Shown here: piece by piece, positions 1-10,839 of the stretch
How the letters are laid out: every line of letters starts with the position of its first letter
How positions within the stretch are numbered: the first letter of the stretch is position 1
Assembly: GCA_002269645.1 (NCBI GenBank)
Contig: NIVC01004882.1
Span: 1 to 32,455 of the forward strand
Reading direction: 5' to 3'
Origin: Macrostomum lignano
Lineage: Eukaryota
DNA: 32,455 bases
The notes under the pieces: model-generated
What the model was told of the DNA's origin: nothing
Seen by the model: the letters and a program-made list of their open reading frames with translations, nothing else
Databases searched by the model: none
Position numbers and translations under genes: made by a program

Positions 1-264
1 CACTAAAAAATTCATGCATTTTTTCAGCTCCAAGCAGAAAGAGGGGACAATTAAGATTATCAAAGGTCAAGATTCAAGTTTTCTGCTTTTTTGAGGATCT
101 TAGAAATTAAAATTTCAGAACTAAAATAGCCTATAGCCGACCTCGGATTATTTCCAATCTTCCCATATAAGTTTCAACGCTGAGTTGGCACTATTCAAGG
201 AGGAGTTGTCGAAATGACAGACAGACAGACAGACAAACAACACGTCAACTTTAGTATATATAGA
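1..264 (-). mobile_element. Partial copy of the ~1.2-kb tandem non-autonomous Helitron/Helentron-like unit
   Basis: Homologous to 1239-1488 and 2431-2684. Ends in an (ACAG/ACAA)n microsatellite and TTAGTATATATAGA, which reads TCTATATATACTAAAG on the minus strand and resembles Helitron 5' ends. Continues beyond the window start. Confidence 0.4.
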
Positions 265-378
265 CAGACGAGGCCAACTCCTCCTTCGGAGAAGAAAGGG
301 AAGAACTCCAATCAGCGGAATTCCATTCCCTGAACTCCATCAGCGGAATCCATTTCCAACACCTCTCCGCGCAACAGA

Positions 379-490
379 AATCGTCTCCGTGAAACTGAAC
401 ACTATCGAAATCCTCTCCGTGAAACTGAACACCATCGAAATATTCTCCGCGAAATAGAAATCCTCTCCGTGAAACTGGACTAAATCGAAA
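379..490. repeat. Internal ~30-bp subrepeat TCTCCGTGAAACTGAACACyATCGAAAT (also at ~1604-1712)
   Basis: Three to four imperfect tandem copies are visible in each unit. Confidence 0.8.
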
Positions 491-526
491 TTTCTACGTC
501 AAACAGCCTAGCTCTCAGAATTCATT

Positions 527-550
527 GGTTAGGGTTAGGGTTAGGGTTAG
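527..550 (+). repeat. Short interstitial telomere-like (TTAGGG)3 tract
   Basis: GG(TTAGGG)3TTAG; the paralogous position 1752-1769 has (TTAGGG)2. Confidence 0.85.
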
Positions 551-1488
551 AGCTACACACAGCTGCGTGTTGAAAGGCGCCGTAAAAACATTGAACCAAT
601 TAAATTGCGCAACTTATTTCCAGGCAGTCAGTATCAGCCTCAGTTAAAGTTAACACAAAGATTGCGCAATCTAAATCAACCCTCCAATACACAGCAACCG
701 ACCCCCCTTCCAATACGCAGTGCAGCTAGAAATTGAACCCCCCCCCACCAACTATTGAGGGTCGGTCGAACCCCATTGAACTCCAAAATGAGAACAATCT
801 TTGCAGAAAGCTAAAAGTATGAAAATCTTTTCTTGAATGCTGTGAATTTAATTTTCATATTTAAAGCAAAAAACTTATATCCCCGAACTCAGCGCTGCAA
901 GCTCTTTCCAGCAATAAAAGTCTCGTCTCTCAAAGTTAAAAAATCGAGCAACAGTTAGCGTTTGAAACTTTCTGATTTTAAGCATTGAAATATCGAGTGT
1001 ACCTTCACTGCCTGCTAAAGATGCTCGCGAGTTTATGCATTAAAATGCACTGAATTTCACTGTGCAAAAAATACACAGGGCTTCCTGTTAAAAAACAGAA
1101 CACAAATAGTTGCGCAATTGTCTATAAAGTCAGCCAGTGAGCCAGGGTCCGATTGTACACACGCCGCAATGAGAACGCGCCCATTCCCCCACAGGAGAGA
1201 AAATGCACTGGCGACATAGGAAAAAGTTGTGGCGTAATCACTCAAACTTTATGCCAATTTTCAGCTCCGAGCAGAAAAAGTGTCCAGAGAAGGTTAGGAA
1301 ATCAGATTTCTGCTTTTTTAGGGATCTTAAAATTAAAAATGAAAGATTAAAACAGCCTAAAGCCGATTCCGGAAAATTTGCAGTATTCCCATATAAGTTT
1401 CAACGCTGAGTTGCACGTAGTCTAGGAGGAGATATCCTACAAACAAACAGACAAACAAACAAACAAACAACGCACCAACTTTAGTATT

Positions 1489-2684
1489 AACGAGGCCAAC
1501 TCCTCCTTCGGAGAAGAAAGGGGAAGAACTCCAATCAGCGGAATTCCATTCCCTGAACTCCATCAGCGGAATCCCATTTTCCAACACCTCTCCGCGCAAC
1601 AGAAATCGTCTCCGTGAAACTGAACACTATCGAAATCCTCTCCGTGAAACTGAACACCATCGAAATATTCTCCGCGAAATAGAAATCCTCTCCGTGAAAC
1701 TGGACTAAATCGAAATTTCTACGTCAAACAGCCCAGCTCTCAGAATTCATTGGTTAGGGTTAGGGTTAGAGCTACACACAGCTGCGTGTTGAAAGGCTCC
1801 GTAAAAACATTGAACCAATTAAATTGCGCAACTTATTTCTCAGGCAGTCAGTATCAGCGTCGGTTAAAGTTAACAAAAAGATTGCGCAATCTAAATCAGC
1901 CCTCCAATACACAGCAACCGACCCCCTTCCAATACGCAGTGCAGCTAGAAATTGAACCCCCCTACCAACTATTGGGGGGGGGTCGGTCGAACCCCCATTG
2001 AACTCCAAAATGAGCAAAATCTTTGCAGAAAGCTAAAAGTATGAAAATCTTTTCTTGAATGCTGTGAATTTAATTTTCATATTTAAAGCAAAAAACTTAT
2101 ATCCCCGAACTCATCGCAGCAAGATCTTTCCAGCAATATAAGTCTCTCCTCTCTAAGTTCAAAACTCGAGCAACAGTTAGTGTTTGAAACTTTCTGATTT
2201 TAAGCATTGAAATATCGAGTGTACGTTCACTGCCTGCTAAAGATGCTCGCAAGTTTATGCATTAAAATGCACTGAATTTCACTGTGCAAAAAATACACAG
2301 GGCTTCCTGTTAAAATAAAGTCAGCCAGTGAGCCAGGGTCCGATTGTACACACGCCGCCAATGAGAACGCGCCCATTCCCCCACAGGAGAGAAAATGCAC
2401 TGGCGACATAGGAAAAAGTTGTGGCGTAATCACTCAAAATTTATGCCAATTTTCAGCTCCGAGCAGAAAGAGGGGACAAATAAGATTATCAAAGGTCAGA
2501 ATTGCTGCTTCCTGCTTTTTTAGGGATCTTAAAATTTAAAAATGAAAGATTAAAATAGCCTAAAGCCATCCTCGGAAAATTTGCAGTTTTCCCATATAAG
2601 TTTCAACGCTGAGTTGCAAGTATTCTAGGAGGAGTTATCGAACTGACATACATACAGACAAACAACGCACCACTTTTAGTATTA
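1489..2684 (-). mobile_element. Complete ~1.2-kb tandem unit, copy 2
   Basis: Highly similar to 268-1488 with a short internal deletion (segment near 1085-1127 of copy 1 is missing). Homology stops at about 2685 before a GAA-rich tract. Confidence 0.5.
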
Positions 2685-5612
2685 AGAAGAAGAAGAAAGA
2701 AGAAGACAGAGACAGAGGATATGCTATGGGTCTGCGCTGTGAAGACGAGTCTGGTGAACATCGGAGGGGTGGCTGTTTTCGAACACGGTTGAATTTGACT
2801 ATGGTCCGAGTTAAAGGGTGATTCAGCATTCAGTATAGGAGCTTCGAGGGATGGTTTACTGTAATTAAAGCGCGACGAAGCTTCTTGTATCATACCCACT
2901 GTCAATAGAAATATAAAGCACTGCTTCAACACAGTCTTGTATTTGGGGGCAGACTTGGGGAGAGGCTTGGATGACGCAACCTCCACCCCATCGCTTGGCG
3001 AGAGTTTGTACAGGCCCGCCTCTATATGAAAGTATGTGTATTTTATAAGTGATTTCGAATAAATTATCAGCATATTCAAACCTACATTCTCCGAGGGTGG
3101 AAATGTACATACCTAATTTTTGGGGTATGTAGCGGATATGAGTATAGAGGCTATCGATGTACATATAGACTCCGACCCGTATTATTCAAATGTCTGAGAA
3201 ATGTACATTGGAAATATACATTTACGTTGTAGGCTACACAATTAGTTGACTCATTTGGTAGTAGTAGATGAGATTGTACACTGTACATATAGTAGGGTTT
3301 CGAGTTGTAATTTTGGTGCGCGCGCGCGCTGGGGATGACACTGTAGATTAATGCACATGTACATATAGAATTGGGGATGGACAATTTGGGATAGGGATTA
3401 ATGTACATGGAATTAATGTACAATTTGAGATAGATAGGGATTAATGTACATGGAATTAATATGAGCACATGGATTATTACAACTACATATTGAATCACGC
3501 TTAGGATAGCGTTTTTGTATACTACTTACTTCATTTTCAGATAGTAGTATAATTTGCGTTTTTTGCGTCAAATCTGCCTAAAAATCAACACTTAACGGCG
3601 CGATACGTAGTCATGTAGCCTTTTAGGCTGCGTCTAATCTGCAGTATTTCGGATTTTACACCTCCAGGTAATCAAAGACTGGGACTTAGTGACCGCGATG
3701 TTAAAGGCGATGAAGCGTGGTCAGACAGAAAGGGTTCCTCGAACTGTATTTTTCCGAAAACCTGCTTCCTAAAATTTTTCATGAAACGAGGTTTCCCGTC
3801 CTTCTACTTGAGTAGTCCATGGTATTTTGGTTAGTGTTTGCGAGTGTTAGTTCGGGCACTCAAAAGGGTGGAGAAGTAGACGTTGGCTCCACCTGCGTAT
3901 TAATTGTCTGACAGAACATCATCCAGTTCATCGCGAGTGCGTGGGGGAACATGCATGCTTGTGTAAGCTAGGGGAGTGGATTAGACTGATCGGGGGCGCT
4001 GTGTCACGAATACCAAGCTGAATGCCCCGAACTGTATGACTGTATGTCCCTTCAAAACAGACTGTATGCTATTAATAAAGACATTCAGAATCGAAGAGTA
4101 AAACAGCTAATAAAGCCGAAAAAAGTGGTATCATAAAACAATACTTACTTGAATTACTGATTATCCAAATTAATATTTATAGAGGCGGTTGTAAAAAGCA
4201 GCGATAATGTTAGATACATACTTCTTTTAATTTTTCAGACATTTAATGCTGTATTCTGTATCCGATATTATGCTACGCCTTCTTTTTTAACTGATGCACG
4301 ATACTTCCTATTTAAACTATTCTGTACGGTACGCGATACCAATGATATCCTGAATGTAATATTTGCGTGTTGATCCGGATCTATTAGTTCAAAGTAAAAT
4401 ATAGTTTAATCGAACTTTTCTCTGTCTATATTTGACTAACCAGGTCGCAAAATATACTTTAATTATACAGATTCATATGTTAAGTTTTCTAGGTTATATA
4501 GTGGTGTTCTACTGTTCAGGGTCAGGGGTGTAGGGAGGAGGATCGGATGGGGTATGTGTCACTCCAAACAGCCATTTTTTGAAGTTTGCTTTTTTAATAA
4601 GTATATGTCCATTGTGAAAGTAATTTATTCCCCCAAAAGAAATTTCTGGCCATATGCACCTGGTGTTGCTGTTATTTATAATATAAACATAAATTGTATT
4701 TTATTTATCTAGCTACTTACAGTTTGCTAATATTTTTGCACTACCAATACCTTTACAATAGTTTAGCTCGACCTACACATACAATAGACACTTCCTTCCC
4801 TCTTGCTATTATTAAAAAATAGCAAGACTCCACAAAGTTAAATTTATCTCTTAGAGTTTAATCAATATTTCAGGTTTTTTTATATAGATTATTGTATAAA
4901 AATTTAGATAACAAATTTCTATAGGCCTACTCTTTTTATATTAATAGCTGTAACTAAATAAATAGGCCTAGGACTAACCCATCAGTTAGACTGATGTTTA
5001 ATTAGAAAAATATCATAGTCATACTTATGCTAGGCTTCCAAAAGATAGGCAAATAGCTACGTGTAGCACATAAGGATTGTAACCATGAGAACTATAATAT
5101 AAAAATTATATTAGATAAAGTAGATATACTCATATTGAAGTAGATATAACCTTGTAAAAAACCTTGTATTGTATATTAAATATTGTTGTATGAATTTAGA
5201 TATACAATAAATAAGTTTGTATGCTTGTATGCTCATAAATGTTTATTAGAATGTATTTTTTTTCTTAACCAAATGGAAATTATTAAAAAACTAAATAATA
5301 TAATTTAAACTGAAAACTAAAGAGGACTAACTTTTTCATATTAGTAAAATAAGCAAGACCTGTCTAGATCATGACCCTTGACTTAAAGCTTAGAAATTGA
5401 TAAATTAAATCAATCCAGAAAAATATTTATGACTAGTCATATTGTATTTAATATTTTTTAGATATCAAGTTAAAATGATTTTAGAATTTCTACACTTTAG
5501 TAAGGGTAGATTTCATTAAAACCAAAACTTTGTCTCGTTAATAGCTTTATTAAAAAAATTATTTCAATGAACACTTTTCCAATTCATGCTTAACCAATAA
5601 AGAATCTCACTA

Positions 5613-8177
5613 ATGATGAAGCTTATATTGTTGATGCTACTAAGCCTTCTAATTTGTTCTGCATCAGGTGAACAGATGCCACGTTTTGTCTATTCTCAGT
5701 CTGCCAAGCTGCTTCTTGTCTGGAATGATGTTTGGGAAGCTGGAACACAGAACTCCATGGTTCTTCTTAGCTCAAACAGCAAAATCACACTCAGAATTCG
5801 AGTTGATGGCGTGGCCAGCGGATCCGGTCTCAAGCGAACTCTTTTGTATAGTTGCCCAACAAAGTCCTCGGTGGGTTCAATTAACTTGACATCTGTGACT
5901 ACTAGTCCAACATCACCGCTATGTAGCTCAGACATCGCATTCACACTGAGGGCCACAGCCACAAGTGACGAATTCGAACTGACAATGTCAAGTTCTTCTC
6001 TAACCTATTCCACCGTGTTTTCATCTAACGTGATCCTGACCGCAAAGGTGGAATATTCTGGTGGAGTTTTGATGTCCAACAACCTGACAATGTGGAACTT
6101 GGACCCTATCAGCGACTTTCCGGCAAGTTCGTCAAGTCCTAGCGGATATGATCGGCGCTTTCTCACAGAGAACTCAATTCTTCTGCTGACTCGAATGAAT
6201 TTAGGATCGGGAGAGTTCAACAGCACCGATTTTATAGACAACCGGCTAGTGTCTGCAGTGCAGTCTGCTCCAATGTTCTTCAGGCAGAAGCTGAATTTAG
6301 GCGCGATTTTACATCTTGATCCGAGTGGTTGTTCAAATGTTCAGTACGACCGTGCATACATGTTCACCACATACGACTCCAAGATAACTAGTGTCCAAAT
6401 GACTCGAATGAAGACTATGTACCTCGACCGAAAAACTGGGCAGCTTTGGTATTCGAGGTGTCAGTTGCACCATGCAGTCCATCAGTTATATTTGGATAGA
6501 GGATCTCCTTCCGCAATCGGCATTTGCTTGTCAGTTTCCTTCTCAGGCGATGTTGTGCCATACGCAAAGATTAGTGCCGTAAGAGAGCGCATTCTTAGCT
6601 CAGATTTTTCTTATTCGACCTGTTCTGAACCTCGGAGTGGAAACTGTATGCTAGTGCCAGACACCGAGCAAAACGTCACCATCTATTCAAGCATGGACAA
6701 CACTCCGTTGGTGTGCCCGATTGTCTGCGCTGATTCAGCAACTTCGTTCACATTTTATCAAAATGGTCAGAAGCTGATACCAGCTTCTTCTGACTGGAGC
6801 GACTTTGGAGCGCAAGGTGTTCGGATTGCGAGAACTTCGAACATCATTGAGTTTTCCAAAGATGTCACGTCAAGCCAGGCCGGTGAGTACAGGTGTATCG
6901 CTGGGGGCGCCAGCTTTACCTACTATGTTTCGGTTGTCTCAATGCCAACATTCTCAGCGAGTATTGGTGGTCAAACCGCCACTGTACCCTCAAAGGTGTT
7001 CGCCATGCAGGGTGAGAGTCTGTCCTACAGCTGTGGAGTAACATACTCGGGTCTCAGCTCAACAGTGTCGTTGCAGCCTCTGTTCTTTCTGCCCTCCGTG
7101 TCCAGTAGCGTTTTGACATGGACTGAGCAAAGTGTGGCGAGTTTTAATAATTTTGTCAGTCCCAGTGGCAGTTCAGCCGTCAGTATCAGCACGCCAGCAG
7201 TTGGAGCTGGAGTTCAGCTGATGAATGTCTCAATTCAAAGTGTACCACCTCAGCATCCAAGTTTTGGTTACAATTTTACTCACAGATTCTTGTGCAATGC
7301 CACAGTGTCAGGAACCGATGCAGCAAACTTGGGAATGTCCAGCTATGGCACACAAAGTGGCGGTGACATTGTGTATGTCCCTCGACCAACAAAGGAGAAC
7401 TTCGTTCTAGGTGAAAATAATGACTGTGCAACACAAAAGTGTCACCTTGGAAACGGTGCGACGTTCAATTTCGCTCTTAGTCGTGAGTACTCGTCCTACT
7501 TGAATTATATTGGAGTGGATGTGGATTTGTTCCTTCGCATCGACAATCTTCTACTGACTGACGTTAAGATTCTCATGAGCAGCAACGTTTCAATCATTAG
7601 GTCGAACTGGACAAGCATCAGTTACGAGATATTGCCGATCACGGATGAAGCAGTTCGAACTGAGCTGCAGAAGCGAAGCAGCCTGACTCCGGTGTACAAC
7701 TTTCGGTATAGAAATGGGTCCGAAATGGGCAATGCGAAAATTCAGAAGGGTCGATATGGATCACCGACTGTCGCTCTCGGTTCAAAAGACTGTCGTACAG
7801 ATCCGTTGTGTTTTTACTCGACTGACTTTGATGCCTCTGGCAGCTTGAGCTTCCTTTCCGTCACTCTGGACTTCAAAAAACCGCAGCCGCCACTGTCGAC
7901 CGCCAACATGACAATAATGATAGTGGTTATTGTCGTTTGTGTTGTGCTAATCATTGTCTTGATTGTACTTGTTGTCTACTTTGCCAAGCGCGAACCGGCA
8001 AAGAGTTACGCCCTGGAGGAGAAGGAGCTGGAGCAGGGGCGCAATCCAAATGCGGAGGCTAAAGATGAAGAGTTCAAAGAGTATGTGCGCCAGTCAGAGG
8101 CTCCGGGGATGAGGGGAGACGACATTCAGATGCACGGCACAGCTTATGATAATTCCAGTTTTATGTACGGTGAGTAA
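5613..8177 (+). CDS. Gene A main exon: type I transmembrane Ig-superfamily cell-surface protein with an L1/neuroglian-like juxtamembrane tail
   Basis: 854-aa ORF. Signal peptide MMKLILLMLLSLLICSASG. Ig-like domain with LVCP...FYQNG...QAGEYRC (about 6660-6941). Second Ig-like domain with GESLSYSC...HRFLCNAT. TM helix IMIVVIVVCVVLIIVLIVLVVYF. Tail KREPAKSYALEEKELEQGRNPNAEAKDEEFKEY. Colinear with B and C, with conserved cysteines. Probably spliced at 8169/8170. Confidence 0.9.
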   Translation: MMKLILLMLLSLLICSASGEQMPRFVYSQSAKLLLVWNDVWEAGTQNSMVLLSSNSKITLRIRVDGVASGSGLKRTLLYSCPTKSSVGSINLTSVTTSPTSPLCSSDIAFTLRATATSDEFELTMSSSSLTYSTVFSSNVILTAKVEYSGGVLMSNNLTMWNLDPISDFPASSSSPSGYDRRFLTENSILLLTRMNLGSGEFNSTDFIDNRLVSAVQSAPMFFRQKLNLGAILHLDPSGCSNVQYDRAYMFTTYDSKITSVQMTRMKTMYLDRKTGQLWYSRCQLHHAVHQLYLDRGSPSAIGICLSVSFSGDVVPYAKISAVRERILSSDFSYSTCSEPRSGNCMLVPDTEQNVTIYSSMDNTPLVCPIVCADSATSFTFYQNGQKLIPASSDWSDFGAQGVRIARTSNIIEFSKDVTSSQAGEYRCIAGGASFTYYVSVVSMPTFSASIGGQTATVPSKVFAMQGESLSYSCGVTYSGLSSTVSLQPLFFLPSVSSSVLTWTEQSVASFNNFVSPSGSSAVSISTPAVGAGVQLMNVSIQSVPPQHPSFGYNFTHRFLCNATVSGTDAANLGMSSYGTQSGGDIVYVPRPTKENFVLGENNDCATQKCHLGNGATFNFALSREYSSYLNYIGVDVDLFLRIDNLLLTDVKILMSSNVSIIRSNWTSISYEILPITDEAVRTELQKRSSLTPVYNFRYRNGSEMGNAKIQKGRYGSPTVALGSKDCRTDPLCFYSTDFDASGSLSFLSVTLDFKKPQPPLSTANMTIMIVVIVVCVVLIIVLIVLVVYFAKREPAKSYALEEKELEQGRNPNAEAKDEEFKEYVRQSEAPGMRGDDIQMHGTAYDNSSFMYGE

Positions 8178-8284
8178 AATCTTTTACTTTGTTTTGTTAA
8201 CCTAATATTCGTATTCTACTACTAAAATTAATTTATGAGTAGTCACAATCGCAGCTAGACGTGGCTAAAATAATTAATTTCCAG

Positions 8285-8355
8285 AGAGCGTAGAACCTGA
8301 CCAAGCAGTGGCCGCCCCAGAGAACATTCAGGTGGAGCAGACTGATCAGGTGTGA
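8285..8355 (+). CDS. Candidate terminal coding exon of gene A (ESVEPDQAVAAPENIQVEQTDQV*)
   Basis: Donor ACG|GTGAGT at 8169/8170, a 115-nt AT-rich intron, acceptor AATTTCCAG| at 8284. The phase-1 join gives an open 23-codon GC-richer exon ending in TGA at 8353-8355; the spliced product is 875 aa. Confidence 0.7.
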
Positions 8356-9857
8356 TTTCAGCTTTGACTTGACGTGTATCAACATTTGCTGCAGACTTGG
8401 TTGCTAAATTACGAGCTATTTGATTTTTTGTCGCCTTATTAATATTGTAGATGCTTTCATTCAATTTTTAATTCAGAATTTCAAAAAATAGCATTGATCT
8501 CCACTTCTTGTACAGCCTAAGGCTGTGGCTTTCTCCAAATCTTGACCAAACTTTTTATTTCTTCTGCTGCGATTATACTGCTATTATAGTGCTGTTAACA
8601 TTGAATAATTTGTAATTAGTTGTTTTTTATTAATTATAACCTTTACTGAAATGCTGTGTATTTAACATTCGTTGTTTTTGTTTCTACTATGGCTTTAACT
8701 CGATATTTAAAATATTTGAATCTCTTTTCTGTTGAATTGCCAAAATTTTATGGTCTGAATTTCAACAGCTTACAATGTGATCTCTGGCACTTTGCCAGTT
8801 TAAACCAGTGAGACGAAGTCAAGGCAGTTGGCACGAGAGGCGCAGGTTCGAGCCTGGCCCTATTGTACGAGTATTCGAGCGTATTTATTAACTTTAATTT
8901 ACCGGACTAAAAGCCGAATAAAAACCTTGGAGACTTAAAAGCGAGAAAAAAAAATCAATACGCGCTTGGCGGGTCAGCGACAGCCCGCACCGCATTAAAA
9001 AACCGCCACCCAGGCCGCGGGCACGTGACCAAGGCCCGGCCCACCACCCCCGCACCAACGCACAAGAGCCACGCCCCACTGGTTTAACACCCAACCAAGC
9101 TACGCCCGGTCGGACCAATCAGTTGGGTCCACTCGATCAATCATTTTTCTGCCTTGGCTTTAAGCGCTCATTTTCTAACCGTCGTGTAAAGCTTTCCTGT
9201 TGGGCTGCATTTTTAAAATGCAGTTTTATTGTTGGACTGTGATTAAATAAAAACAATTCAAATCACACTGATTTTGATAATCTCACTTTTTTTGCTTTTT
9301 GTTATTCCCGATTTCAAATCAAGTATTTTTTACTTATTCATACATAAACTTCACTAACCAATGAGTCTCAATCAGTACGATTTAGATTTGATATAACGCA
9401 CTATTTTTTTAAACAAACTGACTGAATTGAACTATTGGCTGTACCTGATTTTTGACCTGATATATGTCTAGATATAGTCTATAGCGAGTATTAAAATGAC
9501 TCATATTCAAGTGCCTTTTTTCCTAAACCGGATTCAATGCTTAAAAATTGTAATCGGAATATATTATATCAAATAAATTTGCCATATCGGTGCTCATCAA
9601 GGAGCATTGGTCCAGTAAATGACATCAAACTTCTGAAAATATTTTTATATATTTTTTTGAAATCCCAAATCGCTTCAAGATGTTTTGGCAAGAATGGAAC
9701 CCTGTAGCTTAGCAAAAATATTCCTTCGTTTAAAGTTTCAATTTATGATGGTTGTAAGTCCTGGAGGTCTTACTTACGTCAATTCATCCCCATTTTACCT
9801 TTGGCATTGTCGAATAGTTTCCTGGGTCGACAAACTTCTCGTCTGGAGATAAGAAAA

Positions 9858-10142
9858 GGGCTGTAGCCCAGTGGTTCGAGCGTCGGACTCACGACTGAAA
9901 GGTCGGGGGTTCGATTATTGACCCAACTCAAAACAATTTGTGTCCTTAAGCAAGACACTTAACTCTGCATTGCTTCAGTTCTCCCAACTGTAAAATGGGT
10001 GCAAACATTAGCTGGGGACAATTGAGGCTGTGTGTGGCGACCCCCAGTCCTTGGGCTGAACAGCAGTACGCAGCCTTCAGATGCGCCTGCACATCAGATG
10101 CACAGATGCACATCTGGCCGTTGCAATATTGATTATTAATTA
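9858..10142 (+). mobile_element. tRNA-derived CORE-type SINE
   Basis: Pol III A box TAGCCCAGTGG (9864-9874) and B box GGTTCGATT (9908-9916), followed by TGTGTCCTTAAGCAAGACACTTAAC...CTTCAGTTCTCCCAACTGTAAAATGGG (9939-9999), which resembles the MIR/CORE domain. AT-rich tail. Confidence 0.75.
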
Positions 10143-10164
10143 GAGGAGTAACTTCTCTCCGTTA

Positions 10165-10839
10165 CAACAACAACAACAAAGTACACTGGATAGTCTCTGG
10201 TGTCACAGGGCGCGTCTCAAGGCTAGAGTGCAAACATAGGCCGCTCCGCCGTCAGAGTCCGGGGCGCCGGCGTCAGCCAGCAGGCAGTCGACGAAACGCC
10301 GAGTGCGCGCCTGTCCTCGCCGGTAGGGTGCCTGCAGCGTGAGCAGCAGCACCTCCTGCACCGGCTGTGGGCAGTACGACTCGGCGCGGATGATATGACC
10401 TGCCAGCTGGAGTCGCCGACGGCGCAGCAGGTCACTTGGACGGGCCAGATCGAGTCGAGAGACTCGATCAAGATCAATTCAAGATCAGCTCATCGCTGAT
10501 CTTGAAGGCGGTGCGCAGCAGGCCAGCGTGCGCCGCGTCGACTTGATGTTCGAGCGAGTCGAGTCTCGGCGTTGTAAAGCAGGACGGTTTCGACTACCGC
10601 CTGGAACAGCGCCGCCCTCTGGCGGTCCGGAAGGGCCTCAGACTGCAGGATCGCCCTCACAGAGCGGAAGGCAGCCCAGGCAAGCCCGCGGCGACGACGC
10701 AGATCCTCGCGTACATCGGGGACCAGACCACCGAGGTAGACGAACTTCTGACATCGCGGAAGTTCCGTTGCCTGTCCGTCAGCGCCTCGGCATAGGATAG
10801 CAGCCTCGATGTCGTCCGGCACGCACAGCACGACGGTCT
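10165..10839 (-). mobile_element. 5'-truncated RTE-clade non-LTR retrotransposon (frameshifted C-terminal ORF fragment)
   Basis: Minus-strand peptides FVYLGG...RRRRGLAWAAF...VETVLLYNAET and DLLRRRRLQLAGHIIRAE...RRAL*, a (TTG)n 3' tail, and a 9-bp TSD TCTCCGTTA at 10156-10164 and 10840-10848. Confidence 0.9.

Larger units (their letters stand above)
268..1488 (-). mobile_element. Complete ~1.2-kb tandem unit, copy 1 (Helitron/Helentron-like, non-coding)
   Basis: Direct repeat of 1489-2684. Left end carries the hairpin CTCCTCC-TTC-GGAGAAG (GAA loop on the minus strand); right end carries an (ACAA)n microsatellite. Internal subrepeats and TTAGGG units. The repeat is certain; the class assignment is inference. 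Confidence 0.5.

Noticed and set aside
527-550. Chromosome end or telomere fusion
   Set aside because: Only 2-3 TTAGGG units, internal to a repeated element, with no head-to-head inversion.
3660-3960. Possible RT-like peptide fragments on the minus strand (VYFSTL, KDGKPRF)
   Set aside because: Motif order does not match RT, the frame has several stops, and the matches are too short to support a call.
4523-4662. Degenerate hAT-like MITE (CAGGGGTG...CACCTG)
   Set aside because: The inverted repeats are very weak and there is no TSD.
8110-8121. RGD integrin-binding motif in gene A
   Set aside because: It lies after the TM helix, on the cytoplasmic side.
9858-9930. tRNA gene
   Set aside because: A and B boxes are present, but the acceptor and T stems do not close and the sequence runs into a CORE domain. 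It is a SINE head.
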